A stretch of DNA of 64,000 bases from Octopus vulgaris. Lineage: Eukaryota. Positions within the stretch are counted from its first letter, which is position 1; each line of letters opens with the position of its first letter. A program made the translations under genes and the position numbers. Positions 27,330 through 39,602 of the stretch are shown piece after piece. The notes beneath the pieces are model-generated. The model worked only from the letters and a program-made list of their open reading frames with translations, did not search any database and was not told the DNA's origin. The stretch spans positions 16,802,001 to 16,866,000 of the forward strand of contig OX597839.1 in assembly GCA_951406725.2 (NCBI GenBank), written 5' to 3'.

Positions 27330-28560
27330 TAGACTTGACTCCAGTTCGATCTTATTCCTGGCAGAATTTATGTGGGTAGCAGGTTACTACCTGTAACTTA
27401 AGATATCCACAAGTTTTCAGTAATCTTTCAAATGCTCAAAACCCTTCTGATAACCTTTCTTATTCCTAAGAGGCAAAATTTCTGTAGAAGCTCTACAGGA
27501 CATTCTATTCTAATCACCTTCAAATATTTATCTATATCTTTACTCACAGACCCCAATGCACCAATTATTATAGGCACAACCTTTACAATTTTCAAATTCC
27601 AATTTCTTGCAATTTCAAATTTTAAGGGATTGTAATTTTTAACTTTTCATCTTCTTTCTTCACAATTATTGTATATCAAATGGACATGATGAATCAATCA
27701 GTAAGCAACTTCGCTTTTCTTTATCTATTACTAGCAGTATCGCCCGGCGTTGCTCAGGTTTGTTTTGACCCTTTAGAATTGGAATTTTTGAAAAGCAAAA
27801 CTTTTGCATTATGTATCTTGTTATTCTCTTTAAGTGAACATTTTTCTGGTTGAAATACACCGAAAAATGGCGACACAGCAGTAAAAAAAATCGTAAAAAG
27901 TGGGGATTTTCATAGAAAAAAAGCACCTTTTTGATGTAAATAATTGTTGATGTTAACATGGTCCGATTTGAATTTTTTCTTCTACGGAAGGAAGAGCAAG
28001 CCTTCTATCATACTCTCAATTTTAGTCAACTTGCGCTGCAGGGTCTCGGAGGAGATAGTGTTAGTTGAAGGCTACCAAACCTGCCATACAGACAACTTCA
28101 GCTTTATGTATATAGAGATTGTTATGTCTGGCCTATTATTTTCTAACTTCTTATCCATTTGAATAGGAAAATCCAATAAAATTTTGCATTTCTTTGACTC
28201 TAGCACTCTTTCGACCTGATGATCATACCATGTACCTTCAGCTTCACATCTCCATTTCTGACGAAGCTTCCTGTGTAAAACTTTCACAACTTGGTTATAC
28301 CTCCATTTCTTATATTCTCCTTGAACCAACTTGGAACATACTGCAACAATGTGTGCCATTGTCTCATTCCAAATTCCACATTCTCTATATTTTTCTCACA
28401 CCTTCTCCCCATTCATATATTTTCTCAAGTTGTTTATTTTTAATGCTTGATTTCAGCTGCTATAATAAAGCTCTCTGTTTCTTTTTTTAATTGCCCCTTT
28501 TTTTAACAAAGCCAAGGCTTTTGTTACATATACATCCTCAGGGACTTTTCAAAACTGACT
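27330..28560 (-). mobile_element. R4/Dong-like (restriction-like endonuclease) LINE 3' relic
   Basis: ETMAHIVAVCSKL...YKKWRYNQV, WYDHQ..VLE..KCKILLDFPIQ.D..NRPDITI|IDK..CLLID..CPFD, and PIIIGALG further downstream. Confidence 0.8.
27731..28118 (-). mobile_element. Non-autonomous Helitron
   Basis: Minus strand: 5' TC, subterminal hairpin CCTGAGCAACGCCGGG, 3' CTAG, inserted between A and T with no TSD. Removing it restores the host LINE codons PDITI-IDKE. Confidence 0.88.
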
Positions 28561-29273
28561 ATACATCATTATTATTATTGAACTTATTAACAGAGCCCAT
28601 CACCGCATTCTGAGTTCAAACTCCACTGAGGTTGACTTTACCTTTCATCTTTTTGGGGTCGATAAAATAAGTACCAGTTGAACACTGGGGTCGATGTAAT
28701 TGGCTCATCCCCTCCCCCAAAATTGCTGCCCTTGTGGTAAAAGTTGAAACCATTATTATTATTATTATCATCATCATCATCATTATTATTATTATTATTA
28801 TTATTATTTATTATTATCATCATCATCATCAATATTATTATTATTATTTACCTGTTTACATTCAAAATCCTTACAACAACACATATGCACACACATGTAC
28901 ACACTTTTCTCCAATCCTATTTTGCCTTCTCTTCTTCCTCTTCCTACACCACCACCACAACAACAACAACAACAACGATATCACCACCACCACCACCACA
29001 ATCACAGCACATCCCCACCGCTAGCATCAGCAGGACCTTTTGAGGATGCAACTGATATAGCACCATATTCTTTGCTGCATCTCCGTGTCGATGGAAGGTC
29101 TGATAACTTTACGCACACACACACACAAATGTACACGTATTTACAAGTATGTACGTATGTCCGTGCATGTATGTGTGTGTGCGTGTGTATATATGTGTGT
29201 GTATGTATGTATGTGTGTGTGTATGTATGTATGTGTATGCATATGTAGGTATGCGCGCACGTGCACCTGTATG

Positions 29274-29304
<31 letters not shown>

Positions 29305-30491
29305 TGTATGTATGTATACAAGAATTTAAACACTTGAATGTAACGTAAAATATATATAGAGTAGAATGGCATTATAAAAGATATAGATACAAAATTTGTC
29401 TGAAACGATAATTATTACACTAAAACTGAAAAAATGTAATTATAAGTTAGAAAAAGGAACAAAACGTAAAAGAAATTTAATTTTAAATTGATAAAAATAG
29501 CATCAAAAATAGGCAAAATAAATATAAAGAAAATTATAAAGCGGAATCAAAAAAAAAGGCGAAAAAAAAAGAAAAAGATTTCGGCCATGGATACCAAGGG
29601 TACGACTCGAACTCCCTACTATTCGCTTTAGAATTTCATCAGGCTGAAAACATTAAGAGTTATTTCCCTTGGACCTATTGGGAAATATTTTGTAACAGTT
29701 TCTTTCCTGGGAATTTTAAATTCAGGGGAGTTAATTTTTGCTTATGCTAAAGTAAATTATTTGTTTCCAATTGCGACGTGAATCACGGATTTAAATTTGA
29801 AAGGGAAACAGTAAAACCGTATAAACCGACACCGGTTGATGTTGTTGAGCCACACATGATCCCTGAATCAATATACTTATAAGTTGTTGTAGCCATGACA
29901 ATTGCATCTTTTCTTTCGCTGGCTTATTTTACCTCCTGTAAATTACGAGTTCAGTGAAAGATACCGATAGAATAAGTATCAGCCTTTACAAATATTGGCG
30001 TAACTTCGGTATAAGTACCGGTGTAAGTACCAGAAGTACCGGATACATTTCAAGAAAGTTTTTTTTTTATATATGGGGGGTTAGGGGTGGGAGAAAAGGG
30101 TTTCTGTTATCTTCAGAAATGTCAACAAAGTCACGTGTGTACTTATACCGAAGGATCGCCCAAATATTTTCTAGTGTCGAATTTTCCTTTCAAGACAGGA
30201 TCCCAGCATGGCCGTAGACCAATGTCTGCAACAAGTAAGAAAATAACCAATAAAAACTAACAAAACAAGCTTAGCTTCATTTGTAACCGGTGCATTGGAG
30301 CAGAGAATACTATGAGCACATTGTTAGTGTTGTTGGTTTTTAAGGAGTTGGTGGGTTGTTTGGACGGTCGTTGTATGATGTTGATGCTATTGTTGTTGTT
30401 GTTGTTAAGCAACAAGACGGGTAAGGGTGATTAGGTGATGGTCTAGGGCTTAGGGAGACATTGAAAAAAAAAAACTTCGGTCATCTTGTAG

Positions 30492-30645
30492 TCGAGGGCT
30501 CTTCGTTGACGCCCGACACCACTGGGAGGTGGCCCTCGAAGTCGCTGGAAATGGAGATCTCCAGGTCCAAGTTCTTGAACGGCTGATGTTGATGTTGGTT
30601 GTGTTGGTGTTCGAGATAGAGAGTAGCGGTGATGAAGTGTTAGGC
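30492..30645 (-). ncRNA. HDV-like (Ingi/L1Tc Pr77-type) ribozyme candidate
   Basis: P1 GCCUAAC/GUCGGGC (1 mismatch), ~100 nt J1/2, P2 UCGAGGGC/GCCCUCGA, P3 ACC/GGU with 7-nt L3 UCCCAGU, J4/2 CGAA, P4 essentially absent. Confidence 0.6.
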
Positions 30646-30649
30646 GGAG

Positions 30650-30795
30650 GTAAAGAATACGTACACCACCCGTTTTCGGCTTAACAAAAATCCTAAACCC
30701 TAACCTTAACCCTAAATCCTAACTTTAACCCTAACCCTATCCATAAACCCTAATCCTAACCCTAACCCTAAACACCGGCTGTACGTATTCTTTAC
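30650..30795. repeat. Degenerate (CCCTAA)n tract inside a perfect 16-bp inverted repeat (Helentron/HINE-like module)
   Basis: GTAAAGAATACGTACA (30650-30665) and TGTACGTATTCTTTAC (30780-30795) enclose ~80 bp of telomere-like hexamers. Confidence 0.7.
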
Positions 30796-30929
30796 TTTCG
30801 CAGAGTGCAATGAATAAATTGTCGTTTAAATCACGTAAAAATGAAAATAACACTGACATATATTTACCAAAATTAAATAAGGATATTTTGAAATACCAAA
30901 GAGTTAATTTGTTCAATAAAATCACCATT

Positions 30930-31415
30930 GGCTTCAACCACGGTCTCCAGACGACTTCGGAATCTCCTGCAACTCTTCTGGACGGTCTCCTTTCTTAAAT
31001 TGGTGAACGCTGCCATAATCCTTGCCTTCAGTTCATCTTTGGTGTTACAAGGAGTTTTGTTGGTCTCTCACTCAACTGTGCCCCACACATAATAATCAAG
31101 GGGGTTGCAGTCTGGGGAGTTAGGTGGCCACAGAAATTGTTTGACGGCCATGATTGGATTCTCCTGCTTGTGTGGCATGATGCAGAGTCCTGTTGCCAGA
31201 CATAGGGTCTTCCAGCAGCCACTCTCTTAACCCAGGGCAGCACTACCTCCTCCAGGTACTTGATGTAGGCCTCCGTGTTGAGTCTGAGGTCGTGTGGGAA
31301 GATGAATGGAGGCATAACGTCACCATCAATAGTGGTCACTCCAAATACCATGATGTTGACTGGATATTTGATCCTTATCTCTCGGTAGATGTCCTCAGAT
31401 TGACACCGAAACATT
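30930..31415 (-). pseudogene. Tc1/mariner superfamily (maT-like) transposase fragment
   Basis: IMVFGV...G...PPFIFP..LRLNTEAYI..LE.VVLPW.....GRPYVWQQDSA.CHTSR, followed by frameshifted PPNSPDCNPLDYYVWG. Confidence 0.8.
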
Positions 31416-33299
31416 CTTAAATGTTTGTACTGGAGCTTGCGGCGTGAATGTATGACAGCATGTCGTTTGACAAATTTCTGGCAGAGTGAATTGCGTCACG
31501 GTGCTGTTTTTCTCGCCAACGGGAATCGAACCCATGATTGAGCGAATTTGAATACAACACCGAAAGCACTAGTCCATGCACTCCCTGTGAGTCTGTCACT
31601 GTTTCCCCCTCTCTGTCTGTCTGTATGTATGCATGTATGTATGTATGTCATTATTCAGTTTTATTTCGAGATTTCTTGCCAGTAATGAAAGAACCGGTTT
31701 CTAACCTACGTATATGTGCAGATTTGTATGTTCTGTTTTGTGTATGTCTTCTCATGCGTGTAGTTGCATGTCTAGACATGCTCATATATATTTAAATGAT
31801 AAAATGGCTAGGATCTGTAATCTTTCTGGTTTTGAGAAGCAAGTGGTACATCATTTACATTTGGATGAAGCGTTTATATAACAAACACGAAATTCTAAAT
31901 AGACAGGAATTGTCTGTGAAACGATAATGAAAAAATAAATTCAAACAGTAAATACAATTTGAAATAAGAAAATAAGAAATTTTGCTTCAAATAATTAAAC
32001 AGAAATTAAACAAAAAAAAACTACAATGAAAAATAATAAAACGCAATGGAAGAATGAAGACTGAAAACGGGGGGAAATTTAAAAAATCTTTTATGCTCCA
32101 GACACCACGAGCAAACAGTTCACGAATATATTAGGAGTTGTTTCCCTTGGACCTATTTCGTAATTGACAAACTTTAATTTCAGGGGAGGAAACTATTGCT
32201 CACTGCTAAAAAAAATTATTATTTTCAAAATAAAGTGTGAGCGATGAATGATGGGAAACATTTTAAATGTCAGTATCTTAGATTATAAAAATGACATAGA
32301 GTTCCAAATATATTTATTATATAACAATCCCATCATTATGGCCCACCCTGTATATTGACCCTGAGACAACATACTTATGATCCAAGTTGATCCAGTTGTG
32401 ACCACTCCGTCTTTTATTCACAGTATTTTTAGGATCGCATTTTCTAATACAAAGGTTCTCAACCCATTTTAGCTAAACGCTCCCTTTTGACCCTTGGAGT
32501 CACAAATGGTCACCCTACAAAATATTTTTATTTTTCAATGTACTACTTATTTTGATATTAGCAGATAATGTTTAAAAACATAAAGGGTGTCGTTTTACAT
32601 GTGGGCTTGTATGCAGTCGGGAGTACAAATGTACACATTGAAATGAAAAAAACCCAAAATAATAAATGGTCGGTTGAATGAAAGTTTGGTAATTGCCTTT
32701 ATTTCCACCACGTGACACTTACGAGATCAACATGTTGTCAATCGAAAGAGTGCTCTTTGGTAAAAGTAAATGCCGATGAAATAATTTCAAACCTTTCCGA
32801 TTTCCCTTATCAAACCGGCCAGAACTTGTGCAACAATCTGACATATAAGTTATTGTCACTCGGGAAGAGGATTTTTATGCTCAAGAAAGAAATTGTATTT
32901 GATAGAAATTGTTGAAATACATATGTACTTCAGATGAATAGCAAATTGTGGAAAATGGTATTCACTGTAGTTAGATCTAGTTAGTTTGAGTCACAATATC
33001 AGCCCCCACTTTTAAAATGAAGTAAAAAATCTGAAAATATGTCATATTAAACATTCATTTCTTATTCATTTGAACCAAAGAATTTATTGTGAAAAAATCT
33101 GATGAAAAAGTTACAGACGTTTAAAAATAGAAAAACTGTCTATTTTTAGCAAATAATAAACTTTCGTGGTAGCGAATGGTGCCAACTTTAAGGTTCAACG
33201 TTAAGGCTCATAGCATCCTCACTATAGGTGCCCATCTTTTCACAAACGCACAGGTATGTAACAGGTATCTCCTCTTCAGATGGATTTTACTGTTAAGGT

Positions 33300-35290
33300 G
33301 GTAGTTAAAATAACTCACCAACCCTTGTCTGGAGATGAAGGTACCTGTCCCAATCCCTCTTTTATGCATCTTTCACACTATCTCTTTCAGTATGGCTACT
33401 ACACAGAAAAAACATGCCTGCCTCTCCTTGTTAAACGAAGGAGGTGGTACAATCTTGATGATAGATTCAGCTGATAGCTGTACTCTTTCTCTCATTGACA
33501 TCAGCTGCTCAGCATAGGCTCTCAGATCCCTTATTTCCGTACACTGCAAGAAGACATGCAGAACAGTTTCATTGTCCTGCCTGCACCTTTGGCATGTCAG
33601 TGGGATGGCACAACTGTGCCTTGACAGTCTCTCTCTTGAACAGGTAAAGCAGATCAGTAACACAACTACTACGCCTCTTTGGCCTCCAGTCTGGCTAGGG
33701 GATATGATTTTCTCATTACCATTCAGGAGAATCAAGAAGGCCTGCAGTTTGTCCAGCTTGGTCTCTGTAGCAACCATCACATCTATACTATGTGACCTGA
33801 GGTCGTTGAGGAAACATGCTTGCTTCCACTTCAAATTCAGGTCATGTACATTTAAGCATCCAATGCTAAGTACAGCCATTTGAAATAAAAAGGGGTGCTT
33901 ACCTGCCCTTTATAGATGAAGGGGGATTAACCTCGGAGTTTCTGAGGTACCCTCCTCTTTTTCTCGTCCTCTCCTCATCTGACTCTATTGAGTCCACTGA
34001 TTGGTCAATCAACTTTGGTAACTCCATCAATTTAAAAATGTCTTTTGAATGTCTCACTTTCAAATCTTTAAAAAGATTTTCAGATTTTTTCTGTACATGT
34101 ATGTATTTTCAATGTCGTTTTTATACAGTTGGGTAGTGTGATGTGGTTTTATGATCCTGTCAAGATAATTGTTTTTTCCACTATGTTTTATATGAACACA
34201 TTTTGCAGGTGGGGGTGGGGTGGGTGTTAAAGTAAAGGGGCGAGCCTTGTTAATTTTGTTGTCTTTGTATGTGGTTCGTTTTTTTGTTGGGGTTGTAGGT
34301 TATGAGGGGGTGGGAGACACATTAGGTCTTTTAGTTCTTTTCCCTGTCACCATTTGGTTTTCTGTTTCTTCTATTTCAACATTTGGTTTGGCGGTCTTTG
34401 CTGTTGGTGCTATTGCTGGCTCCACTTCCAGTACTGGTTCAATTTCAGTTATAGTTACAGGGTTTGCTTTAGTTACAGTTGCAGGATTTGATATATTTTC
34501 AGTTGCAGTTTTCCCAACAATTTTCTCTTTTTGTTTTTTTTTTCAGGTTTTTCCATTTTCTTGGGAGGCTCACAAACTGTCCTCAAATACATTTTTTCCT
34601 GCATCTGAAGCACTGAGGCCTCCTCCCTTCTGCTTGCACCTTTAGGATTATGTCTTCCCCCACGAACACCCAGTCAGGAATATTGCCCCAACCAATTTTG
34701 AGGAGGCAGATAGTGTAACTTATAAGATTTCCATCTTCTCTTCCCTTTGAAAGCACAATGTGGCTACCACCCATGCAACCTCAGTTTTGGGTGGCACTTT
34801 GTGTATTTTTATCTGGGACATTCTAAGTCCCAGATATGGAGGCAGAAGTGCCACCTCATCATTTTTCATTGCTCGCACAGAGTGCTCACAGGCTTTTTTG
34901 GTGTTTGAAAAACGTACCTCCACTGTCACATATTTTTTTGCCTCAGGTCAAATAAGTAATGTCTTTCCAAATTTGCCTGAGGCATTTTTCAATTTTTACC
35001 TCAGCTAGGTTTGTTATTCTTTTGTTTTTAACATCATAGCTTTTATCGATAATAGTTCTGTTTTTTTTTTGTCTGGGTTATTATTTCACTTGGGGGAGGG
35101 CGATTTGCACATCACCCTCGTTTATCGTTAACATTCCATAGTTAGATTGTATCTCAGCCCTCGGGACTGAGACACATTCCTGGTGAATAGCGGCTGCTGC
35201 GAAAATTTTGACAGTGACTCTTGTCATGTTTCTTTTTTCTTCTGTTATTGTTTCATCAATATCACTCTCTACGAGAGGCATGATTTCGTT
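33300..35290 (-). mobile_element. Decayed L1/Tx1-type LINE with an internal deletion
   Basis: ORF1 relics with a CFRC knuckle and T/K-rich tail; ORF2 start LSIGCLNVHDL...DV...TET joined to C-terminal CQRC...ETVLHVFLQC. Confidence 0.65.
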
Positions 35291-36453
35291 AAATAATATT
35301 GACTGCCATTGCAGTGAAATGCTTAGCGGTATTTCGTCTGTCTTTATGTTTTGAATTCAAATTCTACCAAGGTTGATATTGCCTTTCATCCTTTCAGAGT
35401 GAACATAATAAGTACCAGTTGCGTACTGAAATCAGTCTAATTGACTGGCCCCTTCCCCTAAAATTTTGGGTTTTGTGCCTAGAGAAAAATATAATATATA
35501 TTTTTAAACAAAATTATTTTTCTCAAAAAGGGAAAGAAAAGTAAACTGGATTTCTCTCAAAAGAGAAACACAGAAATGATTTTAATGTTCAAGTCTTTCC
35601 CCTGCCGGGGGAAAGAAGTTGGTTCAAAAAATCAACTTTTTTCGAAAAAATTCCTACAGTTCCCCCTATGGAGAACAAAAACAAATTTAACAAAGTCCTG
35701 CTAAGCAGGAAACAGTCAACAATAAGTTACAATACCTCAATATATCTGGTGAAATAAATACAAACTCCTCCAGTCAAGTCAATGCTCTCACTGTTTGACC
35801 TCAACTGTCTCCTGGCTTATCTAGTTAGAAGACTCATCCAGTCCACTGACAGTCATGTGCGGGGGTGTCACAATACACTATTTTTGTGGAGATTTCCAGT
35901 TCCAGTAGCCCTGTGTTGGACTGGCGTTTCATTCAGTAGGGGATGTTGGTCTGATTGCCTAGCCAGTGGGGTGTCATCATTCAAAAGCTACAATGTGAAG
36001 AAGGGGACTGTGACCAGTGATGTATAACAACATCTGATAGCTTGGTCAGTACAGTGATATATATGTATATGTGTGTGTGTGCACGTATATATATGCATAT
36101 ATATGTATATATATGTATATATATATGTATATATATGCACATATATATGTATATATATGCACATATATATGTATATATATGCACATATATATGTATATAT
36201 ATATGCATATATATATGTATATATATATATGTATATATATATGCATATATATATGCATCATATATATATATATATATATATATGCATATATATGTATATA
36301 TATATGCATATATATGTGCATATATGTGTGTGTGTATATTGTTATATTTCGGAATGGTCATATTGCCAGTTTAGCCAATAAAAACACACGCACTATATAT
36401 TTGGTGTTATTTTGCTTCAGTGATATTTATTTTTTACATTAATCTTAATCTTA

Positions 36454-36502
36454 TTTCGGCCAAAGTTCTTTCGTCACACTCCTGTGACCGCATCAGTGGT
36501 CC
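36454..36502 (-). ncRNA. Atypical hammerhead-like motif in pLTR
   Basis: GGACCA-CUGAUGCG-GUCAC-AGGAGU-GUGAC-GAAA-GAAC-UU^UGGCC. Non-canonical core, at the expected pLTR position. Confidence 0.45.
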
Positions 36503-36836
36503 TTTGTTTTCTTCTCACTTATTTGTGTCTCTCCTTACTAACCGTCAGCCATTTTGTATTTCTATTGTATGTCTTCATTTGCGCATGCTTATATCTCTAT
36601 GTGCGTCTATGTTTATTTAGTGTGTGTGTGTGGGGGATGCCTGTAATATTTGTATCTTCTGTTTATATACATTCTTGTAATTTGTATTTTGTTTTTGTTG
36701 TTGTTGCTTTTGTTCTAATTTTGTTCATGTGTTTACATCCACCCATTATTATCATTACATATGCTTGTATGTATGTATAACAACAATATTAGTAATAATA
36801 ATAATAAATCTAATCGGAAAAAATCGAAAAAAAAAA

Positions 36837-36868
<32 letters not shown>

Positions 36869-36876
36869 ATATACAC

Positions 36877-36931
<55 letters not shown>

Positions 36932-37017
36932 CATAGATATATATACATATATATAGTTATTCATTTCTATTTGTTTATTTATCTGTGTATTTATTATGTT
37001 TTCAGGATCCTCTATCG

Positions 37018-38330
37018 TCATATGTTGTGGTGTGTGCTATTGCTCCATTCTAGTTTTCTATTCAGGCTAGGTTTATTTTCTATTATATGTGTAGCTTCTG
37101 TAATTTGTCTAATTGTTGCATCTGTTCTATGTGTGGACAATATCTTAATCTCTATGTTATTGATTGATACCCCGTGTTCCTGTTCGGCGTGTTGGTACAG
37201 AATCGATGAGCTTTTACCTTCCTTGAGTTGTCTCCAATGTTCATTCACCCGCTCTCCTATGCTTCTTGCTGTTTCCCCTACGTATGTTACTGTCTTGTTA
37301 CTGCATCGTCCCTCTATACATCTTATACTATAGACTACATTTCTGGCTTTACAGTTTGTTTGTGGGCTAAATCTACATACAGTGCAATAGTTATCCGTAC
37401 AGAGGGTTCTACTAAAAGGATAGGTTCTACCAATTATAGATCTGATAGGGTTGCCTGGCTTTTCAACAACCTCAATTCTTAGTTTAAGTTTATCTAGGGT
37501 CCTTCTAAAGCGGTACGCCAGTTCACCTCCAGGGGTGGTGTCAACGAACATGACACTCTGGTATTTATGGCTATCATACCAAGAGTTGGCCTTCCCTATT
37601 TTCTTTTTTGTCCTTTCTATAGTGTTCCATGACTTGTTCCTATAGATTGGGCAAATCCCATTCCTATCATTACATAATATATTATCAAATTTCTTCATGG
37701 CTCCTTTGTATACTCTGATCCTTTCTTTATGGCTGTAACCTGAGAACTGCATGCGGTGAATGAAATACTGTATGTGTCTCTTTAATTCTGTAGGCTCGCA
37801 CATGCGTGACACATTTCTCATTATTCTGATGAGGTCTGCCATCAAAATATTGAATTTGGCATTGCCCGCAATGGCTGAGTTCCGGTGGATCAGGTATTTT
37901 GAGGCCATAGGTTTTGCATAGTATGAATGAAGGATTTGGGTTTTATTTTTCACAATTTCTATCCAGAGTTCAGTGTCTAGTACTGGTAGTCTATGGTTGG
38001 GGTGTTTAGTGGGGTAGTCTATTGTGACCTTAATACTCTGGTGGATGGAGTTAGCTATTTGCTGGATGCTCTCCATAGTATTAGTTTCTATTACTATATC
38101 AACATTACTCTCTTGTGGGGGTGCCTTTACTACTATGTTGATATCATCAACATAGCGAGAGTACATGTTTACGAGTATGGATTTCTGCAGTAGGCATTCT
38201 TTAAGCCTTCTGTCCCACCATACCTTGAAGAGGTTGGCCACATCACCAGCGATAATAATACCGATGGCTGCCCCCTCGTCCTGGGCATATATTTTATTAT
38301 TAAATTTAAATGTGTGGCCTACTGTGATTT
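37018..38330 (-). CDS. PLE polyprotein remnant: RT motifs (Q..G..IG, RYVDD, LPVLD), Cys linker and GIY-YIG
   Basis: Uninterrupted frame extends upstream of the track start ([17 protein letters not shown]). Contains NVVYSIRC...C...[16 protein letters not shown]...H...H...R.ITEA..I...PSLN. Confidence 0.9.
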
Positions 38331-38439
38331 TATTTGTTTTTATTGGCTAAACTGGCAATATGACCATTCCGAAATATAACAATATCTGTTTCAACACACG
38401 ACTTCACATAAAAAATCTTGCACAAATATTTAAACGTAC

Positions 38440-38496
<57 letters not shown>

Positions 38497-38684
38497 ATAT
38501 ATATGTGTGTGTGTGTATGTATAGTAATGTTTTTTGGACATTATAACATGGCTGTTCTATTAAGAACTATGGTACTACATTCTAGCTCCAGGAAAATGTC
38601 TTTTCCGGCTGATTAGCAATGCCCAATCTGTGTCTGGTTCATTGTGAGTAAGGGAGCGAATCAATCCTCTCCAGCTTGGCAAGA

Positions 38685-38729
38685 TCAGTAGACCATAGTT
38701 TCTGGGTCTTTATCCTTCATCAGTACTGA
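38685..38729 (-). ncRNA. Type I hammerhead, intact core, weak stem II
   Basis: UCAGUA-CUGAUGA-AGGAUAAAGACCCA-GAAA-CUAUGG-UC^UACUGA, 6-bp stem I. Confidence 0.7.
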
Positions 38730-38924
38730 ACACCTGCCTGCTAGAGATGGCAGTCACATGCCCCTACTCACAATATGTAAACAGAGAAGCAGCAGACAGC
38801 CACTGATCTCATAAGGTGCAAAATAGCTAGTTCTAAGATCTCTAAACGAGATATGAGTAGTAACAATACTAGATGGTAAGGTTTTTTTGCCATTGTGTGT
38901 GTGTGTGTGTGTGTGAATATGTCA

Positions 38925-39445
38925 GGTCACTTTTGAGTGCTACTGGTAACATGTAACCCAGTACAACCTGTTGCATGGTCGGGTCGTCGGCGACTAAACC
39001 GGCAACCCCACCAAGCTTGCTTGGTGAGGAGGGTGTTTATTGGACACTCTGCGGGATGAAAAACAAAACCCGTCAAAGGCCGGAGGAACTCTTGAGAGTC
39101 AACGGCCATCCAATAAATGTCTTAAGGCTGTATCATGCACAGGGACATAGAAATAATCGGACTGAATACCTGATTGCACGGTTAAACCATTGGGAGTGAA
39201 GGACCCCTAGCCTTTGTTAGGGCATCCTTCTAGGAGAAGGTAACTTGGGTAACTGAGATAACTCCGACATAAAACCTGCGGCTCAGTATTTACCGATGAT
39301 GTTGACTTGTTCTTCTTTTCGGATTATGGCTGCTGTTGCTTAGTGAGTGAGATTGACTCAGTGCACAGCCTTTCTTCACTTTAAAAAAAATCTTCTTGCA
39401 CAGGCATTGCACGATAACAACATTGATTAAGCTTCGTGCAATGGC
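38925..39445 (+). mobile_element. CpG-rich non-coding repeat resembling an RTE 5'UTR / non-autonomous RTE derivative
   Basis: GGGCATCCTTCTAGGAGAAGGTAAC motif resembles RTE 5' regions (recalled, not searched). Hairpin CACCAAGC-TT-GCTTGGTG. Confidence 0.4.
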
Positions 39446-39465
39446 CATACTCGATAACATATATG

Positions 39466-39507
<42 letters not shown>

Positions 39508-39560
39508 ATTTATATTTTTATCTAGTTTCACCTCACAAGTTGTGGCCATGCTGGGGCACC

Positions 39561-39598
<38 letters not shown>

Positions 39599-39602
39599 TA
39601 TA

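Larger units (their letters stand above)
36336..38440 (-). mobile_element. 5'-truncated PLE with RT and GIY-YIG and a short inverted end copy
   Basis: 51-bp inverted repeat (36336-36386 vs 38335-38385) with an unpaired tail to ~38440. Microsatellite flanks. Confidence 0.92.

Noticed and set aside
29578-29645. CUGAUGA...GAAA on the minus strand
   Set aside because: Neither stem I nor stem II pairs.
30634-30648. Twister-like start CCGCCUAACACU on the minus strand
   Set aside because: The remaining twister elements are absent, and the HDV-like P1 explains it better.
30690-30772. True telomere or chromosome fusion site
   Set aside because: Short, degenerate, single orientation and bounded by an inverted repeat.
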